Assembly (NCBI GenBank): GCA_963709345.1
Contig: CAVPVX010000001.1
Span: 320,001 to 384,000, forward strand
Direction of reading: 5' to 3'
Length of the DNA: 64,000 bases
Origin: an uncultured Actinomycetes bacterium
GTDB taxonomy: Bacteria > Actinomycetota > Thermoleophilia > UBA2241
The notes beneath the pieces were generated by a model that worked only from the letters and a program-made list of their open reading frames with translations, ran no database searches and was not told where the DNA came from. This document shows, piece after piece, positions 9,198-19,032 of the stretch; position 1 is the first letter of the stretch, and every line of letters begins with the position of its first letter. A program made the position numbers and the translations under genes.

Positions 9198-10108
9198 CAG
9201 TCTTCCACCAGGTGTCCGGTGAGCTTGAGGAACACGTCTTCGAGGCTCGGCTCGACGACTCGGAGGTCGTCCGGAGCGAGGCCGCGGTCCACGAGAGCCG
9301 CGGCCACATGGGCGAGCAGCGGGCCGGTGCCCTCTACCATGACCCGAGGACCTCGTCGAGTGACGCTGCGCGCGCCCGCCACCTCGCTCAGCCACTCGAG
9401 CTCGGGCACGCCGCAGGTGAACACCACCTGCTCGAACGGGTCATACCGGACCACCAACCCGCGTGGGGTATCGAGAGCGATCAGGCGGCCCTTGTCGACC
9501 ACCGCGACACGGTCGCAGAGCCGCTCCGCCTCGTCCATGAAGTGAGTGACCAGCACCACGGTGGTGCCGCGGTCGCGGATTCTCTCGATGAGGTCCCAGG
9601 CGACGCGGCGGGCGGCGGGGTCCAGCCCCGTCGTCATCTCGTCGAGAAAGACGACCTCGGGTGAGCTGACCAGCGCCAGAGCTATGAACAGGCGCTGGCG
9701 CTGCCCTCCCGAGAGACTCGAGAAGGAAGCGTTCCGCTTCTCCGCGAGCCCCCACTGCTCCAGCAGGGTGGGCCAGTCGACGGCTCCCGGGGCGAGACTG
9801 GAGAAGAGGTCGAGCGCCTCCCACACCTTGAGATGGTCGGGGAGGTGCGACTCCTGCAGCTGGCAGCCCATGCGGCCACGGAGGTCGCCGGCCTGCGTGC
9901 GCGGGTCCTTGCCGAGCACGCGCACCGTGCCGGCGGTGGCGGTCCGCAGCCCCTGCACACACTCGACGGTCGTCGTCTTGCCGGCGCCGTTCGAGCCGAG
10001 CAGACCGAAGATCTCGCCGCGCTCGACCTCGAAGGAGATATCGTCGACCGCCACGACGTGATGACCGTAGACCTTACGCAAGTGCTCGACACTGATGACG
10101 GAGGCCAT
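9197..10108 (-). CDS. ABC transporter ATP-binding protein
   Basis: GSNGAGKTT, LSGGQ, LDEMTTGLD and VTH motifs. Confidence 0.95.
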   Translation of the reverse strand: MASVISVEHLRKVYGHHVVAVDDISFEVERGEIFGLLGSNGAGKTTTVECVQGLRTATAGTVRVLGKDPRTQAGDLRGRMGCQLQESHLPDHLKVWEALDLFSSLAPGAVDWPTLLEQWGLAEKRNASFSSLSGGQRQRLFIALALVSSPEVVFLDEMTTGLDPAARRVAWDLIERIRDRGTTVVLVTHFMDEAERLCDRVAVVDKGRLIALDTPRGLVVRYDPFEQVVFTCGVPELEWLSEVAGARSVTRRGPRVMVEGTGPLLAHVAAALVDRGLAPDDLRVVEPSLEDVFLKLTGHLVED

Positions 10109-10123
10109 GCCGTTGAGCGTACC

Positions 10124-10528
10124 CTACGGCGCCGGAGTCACGCCGTCGGCGCGCTCGTGCACCCAGACCGGCTCCAGTGTCCCGTCGGGGAGCTCGAGGT
10201 CGACGACCAGCTGGCCGTTCCCGCCCTGACTGACCCGCAGATCGGACTTGCGCGGGACGCCGGGAGGTGGCGAGGCGTTGGACTCGCCGTCGACGTTCGC
10301 CAGCACGCATGCGATGTACCCGTCTTCGACCGTGCCGAGGACCGTCCGATCCATCCCGCTCGTCAGGTTCACGAACGTGAGCGACGCGCCATCAACCTGC
10401 AGCGCAATGCTGAGCGTGAAGTCCGGATTCGGCGTTCCCGCCTCGACACGGTGCCACGTCCCGACGTAGGCGCCGAGCCCGCTGACGGCCGAGCCGCCGA
10501 CGCGGAGCGTGCCGCGCCCCCTGGTCAC
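10124..10528 (-). CDS. Hypothetical protein
   Basis: GTGA-coupled to the accA stop; beta-rich sequence with YVGTW. Confidence 0.55.
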   Translation of the reverse strand: MTRGRGTLRVGGSAVSGLGAYVGTWHRVEAGTPNPDFTLSIALQVDGASLTFVNLTSGMDRTVLGTVEDGYIACVLANVDGESNASPPPGVPRKSDLRVSQGGNGQLVVDLELPDGTLEPVWVHERADGVTPAP

Positions 10529-11553
10529 TCGAGCGTCGTGGAATAGCCGCCGAACAGGGACATGCTACCGGGCGGCTGCTCGGGGTCGCTCCAGCGACCG
10601 AGACGGCGAAAGCGCTCGCGTCGCTGCCGGCGGCGTGCCTGCGGAGGTATCTGGTCGAGCTCGGCGAGGGTCTCCGCGATCGCCTCGCCGAGCCGCTGCG
10701 CCGTGGCCTCCGGGTGGTGATGAGCGCCACCGCGAGACTCCGCCACGACGCGCTCGACGGCCCCGAGCTGGAGCAGGTGCGAGGCGGTCGGGCGCAGCGC
10801 CTCGGCCGCCTGCGGCGCGAAGTCGGCGTCACGCCACAGGATCGCGGCACAGCCCTCGGGGGTGATCACCGAGTACGTGGAGTTCTCCAGCATGAGCACA
10901 CGGTCGGCGACCGCGAGGGCGAGAGCTCCGCCGGAGCCGCCCTCGCCGATGATGGTCGCGATCACGGGCACGGTGAGACGGGCCATGGTGAGCAGGCTTT
11001 CCGCGATGGCTCGCGCCTGCCCGCCCTCCTCCGCGGCGACACCCGGGTACGCACCCGGGGTGTCGACGAAGGTGAGCACCGGCAATCCGTGGCGCTCCGC
11101 CAGCCGAAACAGCCGCTGCGCCTTGCGATAGCCCTCGGGTCGAGCCATGCCGAAGTTGTGCACCGTCTGCTCGTCGAGGGTGCGCCCCTTCTGGTGGCCG
11201 ACGACGAGCACGGCCCGGCCGTGGAACCAGCCGAGCCCGCCGACGATCGCCGGGTCGTCGGCGCCCAGGCGGTCGCCCTTGAGCTCCTCGAACCCGTCGA
11301 CGAGCAGGCCGATGTAGTCGCGCGTGCGTGGGCGCTCCTTGTGGCGCGCCAGCTCGACGGTGACCCAGATGTCATGGCGACTACTCTCGCGCCGGAGGCC
11401 CCTCAGCCTCCCCTGGATCTTCTCGATCTCCTCTGACAAGTGAACGCCGGGCATAAGTGGCAAGCGTCCGAGCTCGCCCAAGCGTTGCCTGAGCCAGCCG
11501 GCCTGTGCGTCGTGCTCCCGCTTCGTCTCCTTCTCCTCGGTCAGGTTCCTCAC
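10525..11553 (-). CDS. accA: Acetyl-CoA carboxylase carboxyltransferase alpha subunit
   Basis: LARH..RP, ELKGDR, NFGM..PEGYRKA, DTPGAYPG, IGEGGSGGAL motifs; start codon uncertain. Confidence 0.92.
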   Translation of the reverse strand: MRNLTEEKETKREHDAQAGWLRQRLGELGRLPLMPGVHLSEEIEKIQGRLRGLRRESSRHDIWVTVELARHKERPRTRDYIGLLVDGFEELKGDRLGADDPAIVGGLGWFHGRAVLVVGHQKGRTLDEQTVHNFGMARPEGYRKAQRLFRLAERHGLPVLTFVDTPGAYPGVAAEEGGQARAIAESLLTMARLTVPVIATIIGEGGSGGALALAVADRVLMLENSTYSVITPEGCAAILWRDADFAPQAAEALRPTASHLLQLGAVERVVAESRGGAHHHPEATAQRLGEAIAETLAELDQIPPQARRRQRRERFRRLGRWSDPEQPPGSMSLFGGYSTTLE

Positions 11554-12373
11554 CCCCTCCCAGAAGTCGCAGGTAGTTGCCGACCTTGACCCGGAGGTCC
11601 TTGCGCGCGACGACCGCGTCGAGGTGGCCCAGTTCCAGATTGCGCTCGGCGCTGCCAAAGCCCTCGGGCAGCGTCTCCCGCGTGGTCTCCGCGATCACGC
11701 GCGGACCCGAGAAGCTGAGCAGCGCTCCGGGCTCGGCGATACAGATGTCGGCGAGCGTCGCGAAGCTCGCGACTACGCCGCCGGTGCATGGGTCGACGAG
11801 GACGGCCACGAACGGCGATGTGGCCTCGTTGATCACGTCCACCGCGCAGCTTGTCTTGGCCATCTGCATGAGGCTGAGAATGCCCTCCTGCATGCGCGCG
11901 CCGCCGGAGCTGCAGACCGCCACCAGCGGCAGGTCTTCCCCGGCGGCCAGCTCGGCGCTGCGCCAGAGCTTCTCGCCGACGACGCTGCCCATGCTCCCGC
12001 CCATGAAGCCGAAGTCCATGACGGCGAGCACGCACGGCGTACCGTCGATGCTCGCCGTGCCGGTGACGATAGCCTCGCTCAGGCCGGTCTTGGCCTGTGC
12101 CTCGCGGACCCGCTCCGGGTACTTCTCGACATCGGTGAAGTCGAGCGGGTCAAGCGTCGTGACCATCGTCCACAGCTCACGGAACGTGCTCTCGTCCGCA
12201 AGCTGCCGGATGCGCTCACGAGCGCCGATGCGGACGTGGTGGCCGCAGTGCGGGCACACCATCAGATTGTCGCGGACCTCGTGGCTCCTGGCGCCCTCGC
12301 CACACGAGGGACAGACCCATTCGGGCTTCGCCGGCTCGTTGTTGCGGCGCTCGATCTCGACGGTGACGTTCAT
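11381..12373 (-). CDS. accD: Acetyl-CoA carboxylase carboxyltransferase beta subunit
   Basis: CPSC...CPHC zinc finger, FMGGSMGSVVGEK, SGGARMQEG, GPRVI. Confidence 0.93.
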   Translation of the reverse strand: MNVTVEIERRNNEPAKPEWVCPSCGEGARSHEVRDNLMVCPHCGHHVRIGARERIRQLADESTFRELWTMVTTLDPLDFTDVEKYPERVREAQAKTGLSEAIVTGTASIDGTPCVLAVMDFGFMGGSMGSVVGEKLWRSAELAAGEDLPLVAVCSSGGARMQEGILSLMQMAKTSCAVDVINEATSPFVAVLVDPCTGGVVASFATLADICIAEPGALLSFSGPRVIAETTRETLPEGFGSAERNLELGHLDAVVARKDLRVKVGNYLRLLGGGEEPDRGEGDEAGARRTGRLAQATLGRARTLATYARRSLVRGDREDPGEAEGPPARE

Positions 12374-12418
12374 GGGTGAGCGACTGCCCTCTTCGGGGGC
12401 CGGGTCACGACGACGGCC

Positions 12419-13675
12419 TCAGCCGTCGTAGCGACGGAAGACGAGGGCGACGTTGTGACCGCCGAAGCCAAAGCTGTTGCTGGCGGCAACGTCGACCTTC
12501 TGGAACCTCGACTCGAGCGGCACGTAGTCGAGGTCGCACTCCGGGTCGGGATCGGTCAGATTGATCGTCGGCGGAATCAGGCTGTTGACCATGGTCAGGA
12601 CCGTGGCGACCGCCTCGATGGCGCCTGCGGCGCCGAGGCAGTGGCCGATCATCGACTTGTTCGACGAGATGGCGACTTCGTACGCGTGGTCTCCGAGCGC
12701 CTGCTTGATGGCGCGGGTCTCGGCGATGTCGCCGGCGCCGGTCGCGGTGCCGTGCGCGTTCACGTAGTCGACCGCGTCCGGCTCGAGCCCGGCCTCCGCC
12801 AGGGCCATACGGACCGCGCGGGCCTGCGACTCGCCGCTCTCGTCCGGCAGGGTCATGTGGAAGGCGTCGCTGCTCATCCCGCTGCCGGCCAGTTCGGCGT
12901 AGATCCGGGCGCCGCGAGCCTGGGCGTGCCCGAGCTCCTCGAGCACGAGACAGCCGGAGCCCTCGCCGACCACGAATCCGTCACGGCCGGAATCGAACGG
13001 CCGTGAGGCGTGCCGGGGATCATCGTTGCGCGTGCTCAGAGCGCGCGCCGCCGCGAAGCCGGAGATGCCGACGGGGCTGATCGGCGCCTCGCTGCCGCCG
13101 GCGAACATGACGTCCGCGTCGCCGTGGCGGATGATCCGCGCCGCGTAGCCGATCGCGTCGGACCCGGCGGCGCACGCGGTGCAGGTGGCGCTCAGCGGGC
13201 CCTTGGTACCCAACTCCAGTGAGACATGCGCGGCGCCCATGTTGGGAATCATCATCGGGACCAGCAGCGGATTCGTCCGGTCGGGACCCTGATGCAGCAA
13301 CTTGTCGGTCTCGGTGTGCAGTGTCTGCAGGCCCCCGACGCCGCTGCCGACGACCGCGCCGACCCTGTCCGACTCGGGCCGCGCGTCGAACCCGGCGTCG
13401 GCGGCCGCGTCCTTGGCCGCCGCGACGGCGTAGCGGCTGAAGAGGTCGAGTCTGCGCACCTTGCGCTTGTCGATGTAGGCCTCGGCATCGAAATCCTGGA
13501 CCTCGGCGGCGATGTGGACCTTGTAGCCCGTCGTATCGAAGCGGGTGATCTCGCCGACACCGGAGTCACCGGCGATGAGACGGCGCCAGAAGGTGTCGAC
13601 GTCGTTGCCGAGCGGCGAGATCACGCCGAGCCCGGTGACGACGACCCTCCGATTCTGTGCGAGTGCGCGTTCCAC
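12419..13675 (-). CDS. fabF: 3-oxoacyl-ACP synthase II
   Basis: RRVVVTGLG, TACAAG (catalytic Cys), VNAHGT, KSMIGH, NSFGFGGHN. Confidence 0.95.
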   Translation of the reverse strand: MERALAQNRRVVVTGLGVISPLGNDVDTFWRRLIAGDSGVGEITRFDTTGYKVHIAAEVQDFDAEAYIDKRKVRRLDLFSRYAVAAAKDAAADAGFDARPESDRVGAVVGSGVGGLQTLHTETDKLLHQGPDRTNPLLVPMMIPNMGAAHVSLELGTKGPLSATCTACAAGSDAIGYAARIIRHGDADVMFAGGSEAPISPVGISGFAAARALSTRNDDPRHASRPFDSGRDGFVVGEGSGCLVLEELGHAQARGARIYAELAGSGMSSDAFHMTLPDESGESQARAVRMALAEAGLEPDAVDYVNAHGTATGAGDIAETRAIKQALGDHAYEVAISSNKSMIGHCLGAAGAIEAVATVLTMVNSLIPPTINLTDPDPECDLDYVPLESRFQKVDVAASNSFGFGGHNVALVFRRYDG

Positions 13676-13685
13676 GAGACTCCCG

Positions 13686-14441
13686 TCAGATCCCGAGGCC
13701 GCCGTCGACGGGCAGGACGACGCCCGTGAGGAACCGCGCCTGCGGCGAGGCCAGGTAGACGACCGCAGCGGCAACATCCTCGGTCGTCCCGATGCTCTTG
13801 AGTGGTGTCGCGTCCACGATCATCTGCCTCGTCTCTTCCGGCAACGCCTGGGTCATCGGTGTGTCGATGTAGCCGGGAGCGATGGCGTTGACACGCACGC
13901 CGCGCGCGCCGAGCTCCTTGGCCAGCGACTTGGTGAGGCCGATGATCCCCGCCTTCGCCGCAGCGTAGTTCGCCTGGCCCGCGTTCCCGCGACGGCCGAC
14001 CACACTGGAGAGGTTGATGATACAGCCGGCGCGGCGGCGGAACATCCTGCGCGCCGCCGCCTTGCTGACCAGGAAGGTCCCGCGCAGGTGAGTCGCGATC
14101 ACCGCGTCGAAGTCCGCCGGGTCCATCATCATGGCCACGTTGTCGCGAGTGATGCCGGCGTTGTTGACGACGATACCGAGTGGGCCGAGGTCCTTCTCGG
14201 CACGCTCGACCATGCCGCTCACCTGCTCCTCGTCCGATACGTCGCCCATGACGACGAGTCCCCTGCGCCCGAGCCCCTCGATCTCGGCAACCACCGCGGC
14301 GCAGGCGTCGGCGCCGGCAAAGTCGTTGACGGCCACGTCGGCGCCGGCGGACGCGAGGGCGAGGGCGATGCCGCGGCCAATACCGCGGCCGGCACCGGTC
14401 ACGAGGGCCGTCGCGCCGGTCAAGTCCAGTTCTACTGTCAC
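13686..14441 (-). CDS. fabG: 3-oxoacyl-ACP reductase
   Basis: TGAGRGIG, NNAGITRD, GQANYAAAK; fab operon context. Confidence 0.92.
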   Translation of the reverse strand: MTVELDLTGATALVTGAGRGIGRGIALALASAGADVAVNDFAGADACAAVVAEIEGLGRRGLVVMGDVSDEEQVSGMVERAEKDLGPLGIVVNNAGITRDNVAMMMDPADFDAVIATHLRGTFLVSKAAARRMFRRRAGCIINLSSVVGRRGNAGQANYAAAKAGIIGLTKSLAKELGARGVRVNAIAPGYIDTPMTQALPEETRQMIVDATPLKSIGTTEDVAAAVVYLASPQARFLTGVVLPVDGGLGI

Positions 14442-15370
14442 ACGTCCTCCAGATAGCGGCCGTCGTCGCGCAGCGCCTGCAGCGTCTCCAGGTCGGAGAC
14501 GCGAGCGGTCTGCGCCCGAGGCTCGATGCGCTTGACGAGGCCGGTGAGCACCGCGCCCGGGCCGACCTCCAAGTACGAATCATAACCCGCCGCAAACAAG
14601 GTGCTCACCGACTGGCCGAAGCGGACGGGTGAGATGAGCTGCCGCTGCAGGAGCTCAGTGAACGAATCGGTCTCGAAGTCGACGCTGCAGCCCGAGAAAA
14701 ACGCGGGGTCCGGAGTCCTCCACTCGGTGCGCTCGAACTCCTCCCGCAGCGGTTCGAGCGCCGACTCCACGAGCGGCGAGTGGAAGGCGCCGCTCACGGC
14801 GAGCGGGATGACTCTCTTGGCCCCGGCCGCCTTGGCCTTCTCACCGAACTCCTCCAAAGAGGCCTTGCAGCCGCTCACGACGACCTGGCCGGGACAGTTG
14901 AAGTTAGCCGGCCAGACGCCGTCCTGCTCGGCGCAGAGCGCGTCGATGACGGCGTCGTCCAGCCCGATGATCGCGGTCATGCCGCCCGGATTGGCATCGG
15001 CGGCGCGCAGCATCTCCTGACCGCGCCGCCGCACGATGCGCAGCGCGTCGACGAAGTCCACTGCGCCGGTCGCGACCAGCGCTGAGAACTCACCCAGGCT
15101 GTGTCCGATAGCCACGTCGAAGCGTAAGCCCTCTTCGCGCAGAACGCGGAGCATGCCGACGGCTGCGGCCAGAAGCGCCGGCTGCGTGAAGTCGGTGCGC
15201 GAGAGCTGGTCCGCAGGACCTTCGGCGCAGAGACACTCGAGATCGTAGCCGAGCACGACGGAGGCGTCCGCGTAGGTCTCGCGCATCGCGGAGTGCGCGG
15301 CGACGAGGTCGCAGCCCATGCCGAGGGCCTGCGATCCCTGGCCAGGGAACATGACGACGAGTCTCTGCAC
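14438..15370 (-). CDS. fabD: Malonyl-CoA:ACP transacylase
   Basis: FPGQGSQ, GHSLGE, VSGAFHS, EVGPG. Confidence 0.95.
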   Translation of the reverse strand: MQRLVVMFPGQGSQALGMGCDLVAAHSAMRETYADASVVLGYDLECLCAEGPADQLSRTDFTQPALLAAAVGMLRVLREEGLRFDVAIGHSLGEFSALVATGAVDFVDALRIVRRRGQEMLRAADANPGGMTAIIGLDDAVIDALCAEQDGVWPANFNCPGQVVVSGCKASLEEFGEKAKAAGAKRVIPLAVSGAFHSPLVESALEPLREEFERTEWRTPDPAFFSGCSVDFETDSFTELLQRQLISPVRFGQSVSTLFAAGYDSYLEVGPGAVLTGLVKRIEPRAQTARVSDLETLQALRDDGRYLEDV

Positions 15371-15377
15371 GGGGGCT

Positions 15378-16385
15378 CTACAGCTCCCACTTCGTGAGGC
15401 AGGAGCCCCAGGTCAGTCCCGCGCCGAAGCCCGCCAGGAGCAACGTGTCCCCCTTCTTGAGGCGGCCGCTCTCGCTGGCCTCGTGCAAGCAGATAGGGAT
15501 CGATGCGCAGGACGTGTTGCCGTAGCGGTCGAGGTTGGCGAACACCTGGCCCTCGCGCATGCCCAGCCGGCGAGACGCCGACTCGATGATGCGGATGTTG
15601 GCCTGATGTGGCACGAAAAGGTCCACATCTTCGACGCCGATCCCCGCATCGTCAAGCACCTTGCGGCACGACTCGGCGACCGTGCGCGTCGCGAACTTGA
15701 ACACCTCGCTGCCGCTCATGTGCATGGCGTGCTCGTGGTCGCGGACCGTCTCGAACGTGGCCGGCATGCGGCTGCCGCCGGCCGGCACGAGCAGGTCTGC
15801 GGCGCCGCTGCCGTCGTTGCCCAGGTCGAAGCTGAAGATGCTGCCGTTGTCGGTGGGCTGCACGAGCACCGCGCCGGCGCCGTCGCCGAAGAGCACGCAG
15901 GTGCTGCGGTCCTCCCAGTCCACCATCTTGCTGAGCACCTCGGCGCCGATCACGAGGACGTTCTTGTAGATGTTGGCCGAGACGAAGGCGGTGGCGATCG
16001 CGAGGCCGTACACGAAGCCGGTACAGCCGGCCTGCACGTCGAAGGCACCGGCCTTGGTCGCATGTATCTTCTCGGCCACGATCGACGCCGTGGCGGGCAT
16101 GATGTGGTCCGGCGAGATCGTCGTGACGATGACGAGGTCGAGCTCGTCGGCGGCGAACCCGGCCGACTCGAGGCAGCGGCGCGCGGCGATCTCCCCGAGG
16201 TCACTCGCCGCCTGGTCGACCCGTGCGATGCGGCGCTCGCGGATGCCGGTCCGAGTGAGGATCCACTCGTCCGAGGTATCGAGGAACTGGCTGATCTCGT
16301 CATTGGTGAGCACGCGCTCGGGCACATGCACACCGAGAGCGCTGATGCGCGCCCCGCGCACGAGGCCGCGACGGAGACCGATCAC
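15378..16385 (-). CDS. fabH: 3-oxoacyl-ACP synthase III
   Basis: RTGIRERR, AGCTGF, FGDGAGA, PHQAN, GNTS, FGAGLTWG. Confidence 0.95.
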   Translation of the reverse strand: MIGLRRGLVRGARISALGVHVPERVLTNDEISQFLDTSDEWILTRTGIRERRIARVDQAASDLGEIAARRCLESAGFAADELDLVIVTTISPDHIMPATASIVAEKIHATKAGAFDVQAGCTGFVYGLAIATAFVSANIYKNVLVIGAEVLSKMVDWEDRSTCVLFGDGAGAVLVQPTDNGSIFSFDLGNDGSGAADLLVPAGGSRMPATFETVRDHEHAMHMSGSEVFKFATRTVAESCRKVLDDAGIGVEDVDLFVPHQANIRIIESASRRLGMREGQVFANLDRYGNTSCASIPICLHEASESGRLKKGDTLLLAGFGAGLTWGSCLTKWEL

Positions 16386-16891
16386 AGCTTCGCCTGTCCC
16401 GCGGCAACGGCCTCCGCGTCGACGATCGCGAACAGCAGCTCGCCGCGGCACGCCAGCTGGCCGCCGACGGTCGCCTTGACCTTGGCGCGGCCGACGGGTC
16501 CGTGGACAGCGACGATCTCGGCCTCGAGACGGAGCGTGTCGCCGGGCTTGCACACGCGCTTGAAGCGGACCTTGTCGATGCCGGCGAAGAGGCCGACCTT
16601 GCCGCCGCCCGGGCCCGCATCGGCCGCTGAGTGGGCGGCGGCCGCCGCGCCTTCTGCGGGCGGAGCGGTGGCCGCCGCGATCGTCGCCGTCTGGGCGAGC
16701 GCCTCGACGATGAGCACGCCGGGCATCACCGGGTTGCCGGGGAAGTGCCCGGCGAACCAGTAGTCGTCGTCGCGAAGCGTGCGCGTCGCTACGCAGCGCA
16801 CGCCTTCGACGCCGTCGACGACTTCGTCCACGAGCAGGAAGGGCGGCCGATGCGGAAGCAGGTCGAGGACCTGCTCGTGGGAGAGATTCAC
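16382..16891 (-). CDS. fabZ: 3-hydroxyacyl-ACP dehydratase
   Basis: LPHRPPFLLVD, GHFPGNPVMPGVLIVEALAQ; contains an Ala-rich insertion. Confidence 0.93.
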   Translation of the reverse strand: MNLSHEQVLDLLPHRPPFLLVDEVVDGVEGVRCVATRTLRDDDYWFAGHFPGNPVMPGVLIVEALAQTATIAAATAPPAEGAAAAAHSAADAGPGGGKVGLFAGIDKVRFKRVCKPGDTLRLEAEIVAVHGPVGRAKVKATVGGQLACRGELLFAIVDAEAVAAGQAKL

Positions 16892-17319
16892 AGTGTCTCC
16901 AGTTCCCTGGAGCGGCGCAAATGCCGGCGCTCGAGCTGGATGATGACGGCGGCGGCGGCGATGCCGGCGCCGATGACGTTCTTGACGGGGATGGTGCGGC
17001 CCCCCGGCAGCGGGATGCGGCCGAGCGTTTCGTCGAGCCTGTCCAGCGCGTCGTTGACGGCTCGGCCGAACGGCCTCAGCGAACCGGGAGCCGGCTCGGC
17101 CTCAACCGCGGCCATGACCCTATCGGCGAACCCCGGCGGCGTGGCCAGCTCGAGCCGGCCCCACTCGGCGAGCGCTACGCGCACCGCGGCCGTCTGGGCG
17201 AGCTCCGCGGCGCAGTCCGGGCAGAAGCTCAGGTGAGCTTGGAGCTCCGCGACCTCGAGGTAGCCCGTCTCCCCGTCGATGTACTCGTTGATGCGCTCGC
17301 GAAAGTAGCTGCAGTCCAT
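16888..17319 (-). CDS. Zinc-binding (zf-HC2) anti-sigma factor
   Basis: MDC.......YIDGE ... HLSFCPDC (HxxxCxxC); hydrophobic C-terminal segment. Confidence 0.85.
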   Translation of the reverse strand: MDCSYFRERINEYIDGETGYLEVAELQAHLSFCPDCAAELAQTAAVRVALAEWGRLELATPPGFADRVMAAVEAEPAPGSLRPFGRAVNDALDRLDETLGRIPLPGGRTIPVKNVIGAGIAAAAVIIQLERRHLRRSRELETL

Positions 17320-17894
17320 CAGCGAGCGCTCCGCGTGCCGGCGCCGGCGGGGCCCGTACCGGGCCCGGCGCCCTCCGCCCGCAACCGCAGCCGCAGCGAA
17401 GCGCGCCCGCGATGCACCATCACCTTGACCGTGCCCAGAGGCCGGCCGGTGAGGTCGGCGATCTCCTGGTACGGCAGCCCGTAGACGTCGCGGAGCACCG
17501 TCGGGACGCGGTAGTCCTCAGGGAGGTCTCGCAGGGCCGAAGTGAGCGTCGCCGACGTCACACCCTCGCCCAGCTCCGGCGTGGAGTCGTCGACGAGTTC
17601 CGGCACCTCGACCGGCTCGGGACGGCGCTTCTCGCGGCGCTGGTAGTCGATGGTCGACGAGAGCGCGAGCCGGAACAGCCACGTCGAGAAGGCCGCCTCG
17701 GCGCGGTACTGCGGCAGCTTGCGATAGCAGCGCAGAAAGGCCTCCTGCGCCGCGTCTTCGGCGTCGGTGTGGTTGCCGAGCACGTTGTAAGCCACCGAAT
17801 AGACCATGCCCTGATAGCGCTCCACGATCAGTTTGAAGGCGTCGGCGTCGCCCCCGGCCGCGCGCAGGACCTCTGCGGGCGTAGGGTCGGGCAA
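17319..17894 (-). CDS. ECF RNA polymerase sigma factor (likely TTG start at 17894)
   Basis: DAEDAAQEAF, FSTWLFR, LPYQEIA...GTVK..HRGR. Start placed downstream of the ECF-type promoter. Confidence 0.9.
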   Translation of the reverse strand: MPDPTPAEVLRAAGGDADAFKLIVERYQGMVYSVAYNVLGNHTDAEDAAQEAFLRCYRKLPQYRAEAAFSTWLFRLALSSTIDYQRREKRRPEPVEVPELVDDSTPELGEGVTSATLTSALRDLPEDYRVPTVLRDVYGLPYQEIADLTGRPLGTVKVMVHRGRASLRLRLRAEGAGPGTGPAGAGTRSAR

Positions 17895-17914
17895 CGCTGC
17901 CCACTTGTGGAGTT

Positions 17915-17943
17915 TAGACGCAGACATGCGGCAGGGAGTTACA
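17915..17943 (-). promoter_or_regulatory. ECF-sigma-type promoter TGTAAC-N17-CGTCTA
   Basis: -35 AAC and -10 CGT elements with 17-nt spacing, ending 20 nt before the sigma TTG. Confidence 0.7.
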
Positions 17944-18045
17944 CCTGATCCGGGAGCGGATTCGAAAAGCAATCAAGTGTACACCCGCGCCGACCGGCGC
18001 TCGGCCGCCACCCCACCCGGAGCGGATCGCGCGATTCCGGTATCC

Positions 18046-19032
18046 TCAGGCTGGGCGCCGCAGCGATGCGCCGGCCGCGATCATGAGGAGACGTGCGGCT
18101 ACAAGCGCGGTCAGCCCCTGAGAGTCACGCTCGGGGACGAGCTCGCAGACGTCCACGCCGGCGAGCTCGCAGCGGCTCGCCGTCGCGCGCACCAGCCGGG
18201 CGAGCTGCCAGAACCACAGGCCGCCTGGGGCCGGCCAGAGCGTCCCGGGAGCGCAACTCGGGTCGAGCCCGTCGACGTCGACGGTGATGTACAGGCGGTG
18301 CGACGGGTCGAAGCGCTCGACCAGTTCGTCCAGCGCCACGGCGCCGCGCTCGTGGACCTCTTCGGCGCGCACCAGGACGTTGCCGGCAGCGCGCGCGGCG
18401 AGGACCTCTTCTTCGCGCGCGCTGCCGACGTCGCGGAGACCGACCTGCACGATCGTGCTCACCCAGGGCAGCTCGCGCAGCCGCCGAATGGGGCTCGAGT
18501 ACCCGTCTCGCAGACCGGCGACCTCCTCGCGGAAGTCGAGGTGGGCGTCCACGTGCAGGACGTCCAGCGGCCGGTCGTCCGGCAGACCGCGGACGATCAC
18601 CGGAGGAGCCGAGTGGTCTCCTGCGACCACCAGCGGCACCGCCCCCGCCGCGACGAGGTCGCGGACACCGGCAGTGCCGGCGGCGAGGTCGTCCGGGATG
18701 GCACCAAGCTCGGCGTCACCACAGTCCACGAACCCGGCGGCGGCGCCCGGCGGGACGAGCGGGCCGCCGAGGTCGAAGTCGTAGTGGTCGAGCGCCGCTG
18801 CGTACGAGGCCGCCGCCCGGCGGACGGCGTCCGCGGCGCTCGAGCCCACCTCGGGAACGGCCACGCCCGCTGCGGCAGGCGGCTCGGCAGGCGGCTCGTC
18901 GCCGTAGGGCACGTGCAACGGCAGGCCAAAGAATGCGAAGCGTCGTGCGTCGCAGGCGCCGGACGCTCGCAGGTCGGCCGGCGCCAGGTACGGCGCCCCC
19001 AGAAACGTGTCACCTGCCGGCCTGCGGGTCAT
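18046..19032 (-). CDS. Arginase/agmatinase-family ureohydrolase
   Basis: GDHS, DAHLD, DVDGLDPS.APGT, ELVP metal-binding motifs. Confidence 0.9.
   Translation of the reverse strand: MTRRPAGDTFLGAPYLAPADLRASGACDARRFAFFGLPLHVPYGDEPPAEPPAAAGVAVPEVGSSAADAVRRAAASYAAALDHYDFDLGGPLVPPGAAAGFVDCGDAELGAIPDDLAAGTAGVRDLVAAGAVPLVVAGDHSAPPVIVRGLPDDRPLDVLHVDAHLDFREEVAGLRDGYSSPIRRLRELPWVSTIVQVGLRDVGSAREEEVLAARAAGNVLVRAEEVHERGAVALDELVERFDPSHRLYITVDVDGLDPSCAPGTLWPAPGGLWFWQLARLVRATASRCELAGVDVCELVPERDSQGLTALVAARLLMIAAGASLRRPA

Noticed and set aside
12419-16891. Type II PKS or aryl-polyene cluster
   Set aside because: Single canonical FabF/H/D/G/Z with accDA; no chain-length factor, cyclase or ACP.
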